A stretch of DNA of 64,000 nucleotides from an uncultured Anaerolineaceae bacterium. Its GTDB lineage: Bacteria; Chloroflexota; Anaerolineae; Anaerolineales; Villigracilaceae. This document shows, piece by piece, positions 37,472 to 45,833 of the stretch. The first letter of the stretch is position 1; every line of letters starts with the position of its first letter. The stretch lies in the NCBI GenBank assembly GCA_964502095.1, contig CAZCUF010000011.1:10459-74458 (forward strand), read 5' to 3'. The position numbers and the translations under genes are program-made. The notes beneath the pieces were generated by a model that saw only the letters and a list, made by a program, of their open reading frames with translations, ran no database searches and was not told the DNA's origin.

Positions 37472-38046
37472 CGGGTATGATTATATACGTGCCTGTGATC
37501 CTGTTCAATAAGCCCTATGGTGTGCTTTCGCAGTTTACTAATGAAGGCACAGGTCATCCCACGCTCAAGGATTTCATTGATGTTCCCGACGTGTATGCGG
37601 CAGGCCGTCTCGACCGCGATTCGGAAGGCTTGCTGATTCTTACCGATGACGGCGCGCTGATCAAGAGACTGACAGATCCCGAATATCATCTTGAAAAAAC
37701 ATATTGGGCGTTGGCGGAGGGAAACCCGACTCGCGATGCGCTTTCGCGGCTCGAGCGCGGGATTCAACTTAAGGAATATAGGACGCGCCCCGCGCAAGTC
37801 CGCCTCATCCCGGACCCAAACCTGCCGCCGCGGCCGAAACCGGTCACCCCGCATGGACCGACCGTCTGGCTTGAGATCAGGCTGAGGGAGGGGAAGAAGC
37901 GGCAAATCCGCCACATGACGGCCGCGGTTGGCTTGTTCACGCTCAGGCTGGTGCGCGTGGCGATCGGTCCGATTCAGCTTGGCGATCTTCAACCCGGTCA
38001 ATGGCGCGCGCTGACATCTGCCGAGCGAGAATCTCTCAATTCATAA
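37456..38046 (+). CDS. RluE/RsuA-family pseudouridine synthase
   Basis: ILFNKPYGVLSQF and GRLDRDSEGLLILTDDG catalytic Asp motif, plus EGKKRQIRHM. The start is ATG 37456 or ATG 37477. Confidence 0.8.
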   Translation: MNQSSSGMIIYVPVILFNKPYGVLSQFTNEGTGHPTLKDFIDVPDVYAAGRLDRDSEGLLILTDDGALIKRLTDPEYHLEKTYWALAEGNPTRDALSRLERGIQLKEYRTRPAQVRLIPDPNLPPRPKPVTPHGPTVWLEIRLREGKKRQIRHMTAAVGLFTLRLVRVAIGPIQLGDLQPGQWRALTSAERESLNS

Positions 38047-38066
38047 ACGGGTATAATTTTTTCAAG

Positions 38067-39068
38067 ATGATTCGAATTCACGCGATTTTTCTGGCGCTCA
38101 GTTTACTTGTCGCACTGACGGCTGGTTTATATCCTATTGATGTGCGCGCGCGGTCGTCCGGTTCTATTCTGCCGCAAACAGGTTCCGATCTGCTGGCGGC
38201 TGTGAATGCTTTGCGCGCTTCTCATGGACTGCCACCTTATAATGCCAATTCGATTTTGATGCAGATCGCGCAAAACCAGGCGGATTATTTGGCCGCGACC
38301 GGCGGCGCTTCGGGTCATGTTGGCCCGGGCGGGACTCGTCCAGTGGATCGCGCGGCCGCGGCAGGCTATCCTGTGAGCAGTTTCTTCTCTGAGAATTGGT
38401 GGGGCGGCGCGGGGCTTTCACCTGCCGGCGCCGTGAGCGCGTGGCAGGGCGACGCTCCGCACTTGAACACGATGCTCTCTCAGAATCTTATCGACGCGGG
38501 CGCGGGCGTGAGCAAAGCAGGCGGGACGGTATATTACGTATTGGATGCCGGAGCGCCGGCGGGATCGAACGCAGGCCCCGGTGGAACGGAAAACAACCCT
38601 GTGGTAACGCCCGGCACGCCCCAGTCTTCGCAATATATCGTGCCTGTGACCACCAGTACGCCGCGCTCTGACGGATTGGTCTATCACGAAGTCGCCTATG
38701 GTCAGACTTTGTGGAGTATCGCCATTGCTTATGGCACGACGATCGAGAGCATCAAACAACTAAATGGCTTGACGTCCATTGATATTATTCTCGGCCAGAA
38801 ATTGTTGATTCGAAAAGGCCCTACGCCGATACCGGAAACGCCGACTCTGATCGCCACGTCCACGTTGACGCCGTTGCTTCCCACCTCGACCCCGACTCTG
38901 GTTCAAACAGTACCCGGGACTGATGCGGCCTCTGATACGCCCACGCCGACGGCAAAACCTTCTTCCCCGTCCGCCAGCAGGCTCAACCTCACAGCCCTTT
39001 TGATCATTGGAGGCGCTTTGCTGTTCGCGGCATTAGGCACCTGGCTGGGGACTCGAAAACCGGTTTGA
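38067..39068 (+). CDS. Secreted CAP/SCP (PR-1-like) domain + LysM + Pro/Thr linker + C-terminal TM anchor
   Basis: Signal-like MIRIHAIFLALSLLVAL. NALRASHGLPPY...AQNQADYL...GH matches a CAP domain. YHEVAYGQTLWSIAIAYGTTIESIKQLNGL is a LysM. PT-rich tail, then LLIIGGALLFAALGTWLGTRKPV. Confidence 0.7.
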   Translation: MIRIHAIFLALSLLVALTAGLYPIDVRARSSGSILPQTGSDLLAAVNALRASHGLPPYNANSILMQIAQNQADYLAATGGASGHVGPGGTRPVDRAAAAGYPVSSFFSENWWGGAGLSPAGAVSAWQGDAPHLNTMLSQNLIDAGAGVSKAGGTVYYVLDAGAPAGSNAGPGGTENNPVVTPGTPQSSQYIVPVTTSTPRSDGLVYHEVAYGQTLWSIAIAYGTTIESIKQLNGLTSIDIILGQKLLIRKGPTPIPETPTLIATSTLTPLLPTSTPTLVQTVPGTDAASDTPTPTAKPSSPSASRLNLTALLIIGGALLFAALGTWLGTRKPV

Positions 39069-39235
39069 GCCGATCCGCTTCATGAAAAGACTCGATCAAC
39101 TGACCTTTACCGATTTCCGCTTATCTAACCCGCGCTGTCCGATGCGGCGCTGAATAGTCTCTGTAACCATAAAGCCGGTCTGACCAAAACAAATTCTCAG
39201 GGGACGGGAATTATGGTATCCTCGATTCCCCACCT

Positions 39236-41038
39236 ATGAAACCCTTACTTCGTCTTCGCGGCTTCTTGAAGCCGTATGCCTGGCAAATTGCCGCCAACCT
39301 CGCCTGCCTCTTCCTGGCCACCGGCTTGTCGTTGATTATTCCGCAGATCATCGAGCAAATCGTTGACGACGGCCTGATTAAAGGCGAAGTTCAATATTTA
39401 ATTCGTTCCGCCGTCATTCTCCTCCTGCTGGGTCTGGTCACCGCGCTTCTCAATTTGGGACAACGTTATCTTTCAGAATGGACCGCGGCGCGCATTGGAT
39501 ACGATCTTCGTAATGCCATGTACGACCGCATTCAGTATCTTACTTTTACCTATCACGATCACGCCCAGACCGGCCAACTGATCTCGCGCTGTATCGAAGA
39601 TGTGCGCGCCATACAAAATTTCGCGGGCGACGGCATCCTTCAGATCGTTCAACTGCTTTTCATGTCGGTTGGCGTAATTACGCTTCTGGTGCTCGCCAAC
39701 CCGATGCTGGCTCTTATTTCACTTCTGCCGTTAATTCCGATGATCATGATGACGGCCGATTTTGGGAACAGGGCGACGCGCCTGTTCTACAACGTGGACT
39801 TGACGCTCGGCGACCTGTCTTCGCGCTTGCAGGAGAACGTCTCCGGCGTTCAAGTGGTACGCGCCTTTGCGCGTGAACCGTACGAGATCGACCGTTTTGA
39901 AAAAGCCAACCGCCAGTACTTCGATTCGCGCATCAAGGTTATGAGCGAGTGGGCGAAAGTAATGCCCACCACAAACCTTCTGATCACGCTTGGGACGATT
40001 CTGATTCTGATCTTCGGCGGTCAGCTGGTTTTGCAGGGCCGGATGACAGTTGGCGAACTTGTGGCTTTCAATTCTTATGTGCTTATGCTCTCGGCGCCGG
40101 TGCAACAGATCGCGTGGATGGTCAATGGCGCGGGCGAAGCCGCGGCGGGCGCGCAACGTGTGCTGGAGATCATCGAAACGGAACCGGAGATCGAGTCGCC
40201 GCCGGATGCGGTCACGCTTCCGCCTTTGACGGGACGCGTCGTCTTCCAGCACGTCTCGCTTCGCTATCTCGACGAAAAATCGGTTGCCCTTTCGGATATT
40301 GACCTCGACGTTCAGCCGAATCAGATCGTTGCGCTTATCGGGCAAACCGGCTCGGGAAAGACCTCGCTCGTCAACCTGATCCCCCGCTTTTACGATGTGA
40401 TGGACGGCGCGGTGCTGGTGGATGGCATGGATGTTCGGAAGGTGGATTTGATTTCACTGCGCAAGCAGATTGGCATCGTCCTACAAACTTCATTGCTGTT
40501 TTCGGATACGATCAAGGCCAATATCGCGTATGGGAGGCCCAAGGCCAGCGACGATGATGTGGTCGCGGCGGCCAGGGCCGCGCAGGCGCATGAATTTATC
40601 CGCGGCTTTCCAAAAGGCTACGACACAATTGTTGGCGAACGCGGCGTGACGCTTTCCGGCGGCCAGCGCCAGCGCGTGGCGATTGCGCGCGCGTTGTTGA
40701 TGAATCCGCGCATTCTTATTCTGGACGATTCAACCTCCTCAGTCGATACGCAGACCGAGAAATTAATTCAGGAGGCGCTCGACCGCCTGATGGAAGGCCG
40801 CACTACTTTTGTGATCGCCCATCGCCTGTCCACGGTGCGCCGCGCGGATTTGATCCTCGTCATGGACAATGGCCGCATTGTCCAGCGCGGCAGGCACGAG
40901 GAACTTTTGGCGCAAGGCGGCCTGTATCGCGAAATTCACGATTTGCAACTCAATCAAAACCGCGCCTTCATGGATACTCTCGAGGAGATCAAACCCGCTG
41001 AAACCGCGCGCCCCTCTGTCGATCGTTCGCTTTCATAA
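39236..41038 (+). CDS. ABC exporter, fused TMD-NBD half-transporter (MdlA/type IV exporter-like)
   Basis: 6-TM domain + GQTGSGKTS Walker [16 protein letters not shown] signature, ILILDDSTSSVD Walker B. Confidence 0.85.
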   Translation: MKPLLRLRGFLKPYAWQIAANLACLFLATGLSLIIPQIIEQIVDDGLIKGEVQYLIRSAVILLLLGLVTALLNLGQRYLSEWTAARIGYDLRNAMYDRIQYLTFTYHDHAQTGQLISRCIEDVRAIQNFAGDGILQIVQLLFMSVGVITLLVLANPMLALISLLPLIPMIMMTADFGNRATRLFYNVDLTLGDLSSRLQENVSGVQVVRAFAREPYEIDRFEKANRQYFDSRIKVMSEWAKVMPTTNLLITLGTILILIFGGQLVLQGRMTVGELVAFNSYVLMLSAPVQQIAWMVNGAGEAAAGAQRVLEIIETEPEIESPPDAVTLPPLTGRVVFQHVSLRYLDEKSVALSDIDLDVQPNQIVALIGQTGSGKTSLVNLIPRFYDVMDGAVLVDGMDVRKVDLISLRKQIGIVLQTSLLFSDTIKANIAYGRPKASDDDVVAAARAAQAHEFIRGFPKGYDTIVGERGVTLSGGQRQRVAIARALLMNPRILILDDSTSSVDTQTEKLIQEALDRLMEGRTTFVIAHRLSTVRRADLILVMDNGRIVQRGRHEELLAQGGLYREIHDLQLNQNRAFMDTLEEIKPAETARPSVDRSLS

Positions 41039-41044
41039 TATGCA

Positions 41045-42847
41045 GTGATCATGACTCACACAATTACACCACCCGCCTACGTAACTCAATCTGAAGAACT
41101 CTACGATAAAGGCTATGATCCTAAAGTCGCGCGGCGGCTGTTCGGATACGCGCGGCCTTACTCGGGTCAATTGCTCATTGCCGCTGTTCTGATGTTTCTG
41201 GCTTCTGCCGCGGCGGTGGCCGGGCCTTATTTCGTAAAGGTTGCCATTGACAGCGGCCTGACCGCCAAAAATTACGATGCGTTACGATACACGGTGCTGG
41301 CTTATCTTGGCGCCGCCGTCGTGCAATGGGTTTCCACGTACTTCCGCGTGAATATCATGTCCTGGGTGGGGCAGGCGGTTATTTACGATCTGCGAACTGT
41401 CCTTTTTCAACATCTGCAACAACTTTCTTTGAGTTTTTACAGCCGCTATTCGGTCGGACGCGTCATCACGCGCGTCATCAACGATGTGGAGATTTTGCGC
41501 GACTTTCTGACCTGGGCTGTGCTGGCCGTTACGCGCGATTTATTCACGCTGATCATGATCATCATTGTGATGCTCACCATGAATGTCCGCCTCGCGCTTC
41601 TGACCTTTAGCGTGCTTCCGTTTATGGTGCTGGCGACTCTGCTCTTTCGGCGTTTCTCGCGCGCGGCCTATCGTAAAGTGCGCGCCGCGATCTCGTGGGT
41701 GAATTCGGTTCTGGCGGAGAATGTCAACGGCGTGCGCGTGGTACAGGCGTTCTCGCGCCAAATCTATAATTACAATAATTTTGCCGAATATGTAAATCGG
41801 TATCACCTCGAGCGCGCCATTGACGCGGCGCGCATTGCTTCGTTCTTCAGCCCGGTGGTGGACGTGCTCGGCGCGGTTGCCACTGCGCTGGTTGTGTGGG
41901 TTGGGGGAACGGCAGTATTGGGAGAGCAGATTACGGCGGGAGTGCTGGTCGCGTTCATTCTTTACATTGACCGATTCTTCGATCCCATCCGCGACCTGAG
42001 CCGCCGTTTCGACGCATTGCAATCCACTATGGCGGGCGGAGAGCGCATTCTGGCCCTGCTCGATACCGATGTGGATGTGCAGGATGCGCCTGACGCGCGC
42101 GACCTGCCTGTCATCAAGGGTGAAGTTCAGTTCGACCATGTGTCTTTCCATTACTCGGATGATCCTCAGCCGGTATTGACGGACATTGACTTGCGCGTAC
42201 ATCCCGGCGAGACCGTCGCCTTGGTCGGTGAAACCGGCGCGGGCAAAACTACGATCGTCAAATTACTCTCGCGTTTTCATGACCCAACCGTCGGCCGCGT
42301 GCTGGTGGATGGTCACGATCTGCGTGAAGTCACGCAGGCCAGTTTGCGCCGTCAGATGGGAATTGTGTTACAGGATCCGTTTCTATTCAACGGTTCGGTG
42401 CAGGAGAACATTTTGTTCGGTCGTTTGAGCGCGAACGACGGAGATGTGATCGCCGCGGCGCAGGCGGTAGGCGCGCACGAGTTTATTGTCCGCTTGAAAA
42501 ACGGATACAACACCTCGGTCGAGGAAGGAGGCGTGTTGTTGTCCGTCGGCCAGCGGCAATTGCTGTCATTTGCGCGCGCTTTATTGGCGGATCCGCGCAT
42601 CCTGATTCTCGACGAAGCTACCTCCAGCGTAGATACACAGACCGAGCAAATCATCCAACGCGCGCTGGCGCGGCTATTGAAGGGGCGGACCGCGTTCGTG
42701 ATCGCGCATCGCCTGTCTACCATTACGAGCGCCGATCGGATTGTTGTGATCGTGGGCGGGCGGATCGTGGAGCATGGAACACACGCGGAATTGCTGGAAA
42801 ATAGGGGAACGTATTACGAGTTGTATCGCACGGGATTTCAGGAATGA
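41045..42847 (+). CDS. ABC exporter, fused TMD-NBD half-transporter (partner subunit)
   Basis: GETGAGKTT Walker A, LSVGQRQLLSFARAL signature, ILILDEATSSVD Walker B. It lies 6 nt after the previous gene, so a heterodimer is likely. The start is GTG 41045 or ATG 41051. Confidence 0.85.
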   Translation: MIMTHTITPPAYVTQSEELYDKGYDPKVARRLFGYARPYSGQLLIAAVLMFLASAAAVAGPYFVKVAIDSGLTAKNYDALRYTVLAYLGAAVVQWVSTYFRVNIMSWVGQAVIYDLRTVLFQHLQQLSLSFYSRYSVGRVITRVINDVEILRDFLTWAVLAVTRDLFTLIMIIIVMLTMNVRLALLTFSVLPFMVLATLLFRRFSRAAYRKVRAAISWVNSVLAENVNGVRVVQAFSRQIYNYNNFAEYVNRYHLERAIDAARIASFFSPVVDVLGAVATALVVWVGGTAVLGEQITAGVLVAFILYIDRFFDPIRDLSRRFDALQSTMAGGERILALLDTDVDVQDAPDARDLPVIKGEVQFDHVSFHYSDDPQPVLTDIDLRVHPGETVALVGETGAGKTTIVKLLSRFHDPTVGRVLVDGHDLREVTQASLRRQMGIVLQDPFLFNGSVQENILFGRLSANDGDVIAAAQAVGAHEFIVRLKNGYNTSVEEGGVLLSVGQRQLLSFARALLADPRILILDEATSSVDTQTEQIIQRALARLLKGRTAFVIAHRLSTITSADRIVVIVGGRIVEHGTHAELLENRGTYYELYRTGFQE

Positions 42848-42886
42848 TCTTGAAGACGCGCTGACGAAAATCGAGATAATTGGCTC

Positions 42887-42915
42887 TTGCCTTACCCTGC
42901 CGATTTCCGTATACT
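42887..42915 (+). promoter_or_regulatory. Candidate sigma70 promoter (TTGCCT-17-TATACT) for the small-protein/NLR pair
   Basis: TTGCCT 42887-42892, a 17-nt spacer, TATACT 42910-42915. GGAGAGAG Shine-Dalgarno before ATG 42959. Confidence 0.45.
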
Positions 42916-42958
42916 ATTAAAGTTCTTTTAGCCTTATTTAACCGAATCGGAGAGAGCT

Positions 42959-43405
42959 ATGGATCCAATTACATTGGCCGCGTCTGTCACGACCCTGCTT
43001 GCGCCGTATCTTGCCAAGGCGGGAAAGGTATTGGCCGATAAGGCCGCCGAACAACTGCCCGGAGCAGTTGGCGCGTTGTGGGACAAAATTTCCCAAAGGT
43101 TCCAGTCCAAGCCTGCCGCGCAGGATGCGGTCGTAGATCTGGTGCAAAATCCGAGCGATCAGGATAATCAGGCCGCGTTCGAAACTCAACTGCGGAAGAT
43201 GTTGAAGGATGACCCCGCCTTCCTGAAAGAATTATCCGATTTGACCGACAAGGCTCAACAGGAAACGATCAGGTTGCAGGGCAGTGGCGCGGTTGCGACG
43301 AATGGCGGTGTTGCGGCCGGGCAGGGCGGTGTGGCCGTCGGCGGAAACGTGCAAGGCAACATCGTGGTTGGCAACAATAATAAAGTTTCGAATAAACCGA
43401 AATAG
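42959..43405 (+). CDS. Small helical protein with a C-terminal G/N/V-rich beta-solenoid/amyloid-like motif (candidate Bell/HeLo-like effector)
   Basis: 148 aa. Hydrophobic N-terminal helix MDPITLAASVTTLLAPYLAKAG, then charged helical region to about aa 105. aa 106-143 read GSGAVATNGGVAAGQGGVAVGGNVQGNIVVGNNNKV. The motif recurs at the N-terminus of the next gene. Confidence 0.5.
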   Translation: MDPITLAASVTTLLAPYLAKAGKVLADKAAEQLPGAVGALWDKISQRFQSKPAAQDAVVDLVQNPSDQDNQAAFETQLRKMLKDDPAFLKELSDLTDKAQQETIRLQGSGAVATNGGVAAGQGGVAVGGNVQGNIVVGNNNKVSNKPK

Positions 43406-43417
43406 CTGTTCATCTGC

Positions 43418-43447
43418 CGCCCTGCCCTAAATCAGCAGGGCGCTTTT
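43418..43447 (+). terminator. Weak intrinsic-terminator-like hairpin between the small gene and the NLR gene
   Basis: 8-bp stem CGCCCTGC / GCAGGGCG, a 9-nt loop, then CTTTT. It ends 8 nt before ATG 43455. Confidence 0.4.
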
Positions 43448-43454
43448 ATTTCCT

Positions 43455-45833
43455 ATGGCAACTGTCAATGTGCAAGGTAACGTCGAAGGCAATATCGTCG
43501 TCGGCGATAATAACTTTGTAGTTAATACAAATTACGGCACGGTTGTATATAAGCAGGCCGAGCCGCGCGTTCAGGCGCGGAGTCTTTCACCCAAGGCGCC
43601 GCGCAGACCGCGCGGTTTTATCGGACGCAAAGCCGAGCTGGAGAAACTGGAAAGCTGGATTGCCGCTTCCGACCCGATCCTCCTGCACGGCATGGACGGT
43701 ATGGGGAAGACCACGCTTGTCAAGCAGGCCGCTAACGGCGCCGCCGCGACTTCACAGCCCAATGGAGTTGTCTATCTCGAAGGCGTAGATGAAACCGGGC
43801 AGATGCTCGGCTTTGGGGATATTGTTCAACGCCTCTTCGATGCGTTGTTCGAGTCCGACCCTGCGCTCAAGGTGGACCTGACGACTGCGCGTACATATTT
43901 GAGCAATGTGCGCGCTTTGGTACTGCTCAACTCACTGACCCTCACAGACGACAATCTGCAAAAATTACTGGATCTGTTTCCGTCCGCGCCGATTCTGATC
44001 GCGGCCGAAGCCGGTTCGCGCCTCGACGCATTTCAGGACCTTTCGCTTTCACCGATGCCGCGTGCCGATGCGCTGGCTTTGTTCTTCGACCGCGCCGAAT
44101 TGAAATTGGATGACGCCAACCAGGTTCCTGCCGATCGGATCGCTCAATTGCTGGATGATGTACCTGCCGCGCTGGCGATCGTTGCGAATGTGATCCGCGA
44201 AAAGGGACTCAAGCTGATAGACGTGCTGGACCAATTGCGCACCGCGGCCGCCTCCTCGAAAGAAGCTGGGCGCGCCGCGCTCGAACGCGCCTGGGCTTTG
44301 ATGTGGAATCAATTATCCGAGGATGAGCGCGGCATGATGACCATGTCCGCCGCGGCCTTCGGCGTTTCTGTAGATCGAAAATGGCTGGAGGGCCTGGCGG
44401 GCGGAAAAGCTGTCAGCGGAAAATTAGAGTCGATGGAACTGTTGCAGGCTAATAGTCCGCGCCTGAGGCTGATGCCCGGCATGCGCGCCATGATGCTCGA
44501 CCGCGTAAATCTTCAGTCGGCGCGCGAGCGCTGGCTGGAAGAAATGTCTTCCGCCATGGACGAACGATGGGACGATTTCGATTTCGTGGGGGATGAGCTG
44601 GGAAATTTAATTGGGTTGATCGAATGGTGCGCGGCCAACCGTAATTGGGCCAAGGTGATTTCGCTGGGACGAAAGCTCGACCCGTATCTTACCCTGCACG
44701 GCTTGTGGGATGTATGGCAGAGATTGCTCGGTCGTTTGTTGGAGGCCGCGCGCGCCTCAAAGGATCATTTATCGGAAGGCTGGGCTTTGCATCAGTTGGG
44801 TACGCGGGCTTTGGGAATGAACGACGCGCACACGGCCCGCAATTTTTTGCAACAGGCTTGTGTGGTGCGCCGCGCCGCCAAAGATGAAGTTGGGCTGGCC
44901 TATAGCCAGCATAACCTGGGATTACTTGGGCCGGTTGCCGTTGCAAGGCCCGCAACCGTAAAGCGCGGATGGTTCGCGTGGCTGGTCGGCGGATTGGTGA
45001 CCGCCGCGGCGCTGGGAGGGACGCTCCTCGGCGGCGCGGGAGCTATGCTCTTGAATCTGCTTTCGCCGCCCAGCGCGACCCCCACATTGACGGTCACTTG
45101 GACGCCAAGCTCAACGCATACACCGACTTTTACCGCCTCGGTGACTGCCTCAGCGACTCCTTCGCTCACCGCCTCGCCGACATCTACTGTGACGTTCACG
45201 CCAACGATGACAGACACCCCAACCGTTACGCCAACTCCGGTTTACACAATTTTACGCGGCACCGTGATTGACGATGTGGCTTGTTATTATGGGCCGGGCC
45301 GTATGTATTTGTATAAATATGGTCTCAAGCAAGGCGCGAATTTGAGTGTGCTGGGGATCAACCAAAACACCGCTGGCACATGGCTGTTAGTGGGGAACAC
45401 ATTCACTCTTTCCACGCGGCTATCGAATCCGTGTTGGGTGAGTTTGAAGAGCATGGATGTGGATGGAGATCTCGCCGGGCTCTTCCCGGCTTATCCTGAT
45501 CAAACGCCTTTGCCGAAATCGCCGCTTTACCCGCCGCCGATGAACGTGATTGCCATCCGTAGCAAGGATCAGGTGACGATCACCTGGGATTACACCACCC
45601 CACTCCCGCCGGGTATGCGCGGAGATCACAGCACCAAGAGCCCGCTTTGGCTGGTCGAATTGTGGACGTGCCAGAAGGGCCGGCTGGTATTCACACCGAT
45701 TGGCGCTTACGATTCGACAGTGATAATTACGGACGAGCCGGGCTGTTCCGAGGCGTCGCATGGGCGCGTGTATCTGGTCGACTCCGATGGCTACGATGGC
45801 CCATCTGCGATCAAGTGGCCGGGGTTCCAATAG
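43455..45833 (+). CDS. NB-ARC-type STAND NTPase with N-terminal G/N/V motif, short helical repeats, a TM helix, a PT linker and an extracytoplasmic SH3b-like C-terminal domain
   Basis: MATVNVQGNVEGNIVVGDNNFVVNTNYG N-terminus. FIGRKAELEKL...LLHGMDGMGKTTLVKQAA P-loop. PILIAAE (RNBS-B-like). DVPAALAIVA (GxPLA-like). TM WFAWLVGGLVTAAALGGTLLGGAGAMLLNLL at aa 506-536. PT-rich aa 537-596. The C-terminal 196 aa contain 4 Cys. Confidence 0.7.
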   Translation: MATVNVQGNVEGNIVVGDNNFVVNTNYGTVVYKQAEPRVQARSLSPKAPRRPRGFIGRKAELEKLESWIAASDPILLHGMDGMGKTTLVKQAANGAAATSQPNGVVYLEGVDETGQMLGFGDIVQRLFDALFESDPALKVDLTTARTYLSNVRALVLLNSLTLTDDNLQKLLDLFPSAPILIAAEAGSRLDAFQDLSLSPMPRADALALFFDRAELKLDDANQVPADRIAQLLDDVPAALAIVANVIREKGLKLIDVLDQLRTAAASSKEAGRAALERAWALMWNQLSEDERGMMTMSAAAFGVSVDRKWLEGLAGGKAVSGKLESMELLQANSPRLRLMPGMRAMMLDRVNLQSARERWLEEMSSAMDERWDDFDFVGDELGNLIGLIEWCAANRNWAKVISLGRKLDPYLTLHGLWDVWQRLLGRLLEAARASKDHLSEGWALHQLGTRALGMNDAHTARNFLQQACVVRRAAKDEVGLAYSQHNLGLLGPVAVARPATVKRGWFAWLVGGLVTAAALGGTLLGGAGAMLLNLLSPPSATPTLTVTWTPSSTHTPTFTASVTASATPSLTASPTSTVTFTPTMTDTPTVTPTPVYTILRGTVIDDVACYYGPGRMYLYKYGLKQGANLSVLGINQNTAGTWLLVGNTFTLSTRLSNPCWVSLKSMDVDGDLAGLFPAYPDQTPLPKSPLYPPPMNVIAIRSKDQVTITWDYTTPLPPGMRGDHSTKSPLWLVELWTCQKGRLVFTPIGAYDSTVIITDEPGCSEASHGRVYLVDSDGYDGPSAIKWPGFQ

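Noticed and set aside
39069-39235. 23-codon ORF (MKRLDQLTFTDFRLSNPRCPMRR) upstream of the ABC exporter pair
   Set aside because: It has no Shine-Dalgarno and no structure or context suggesting a leader peptide. It is probably chance.
45063-45242. ACC/ACG/CCG-rich repetitive DNA in the NLR gene, and similar stretches at 18090-18230, 18730-18880 and 38830-38960
   Set aside because: These are codon-level low complexity encoding Pro/Thr/Ser linkers. They are not discrete DNA repeats or satellites.
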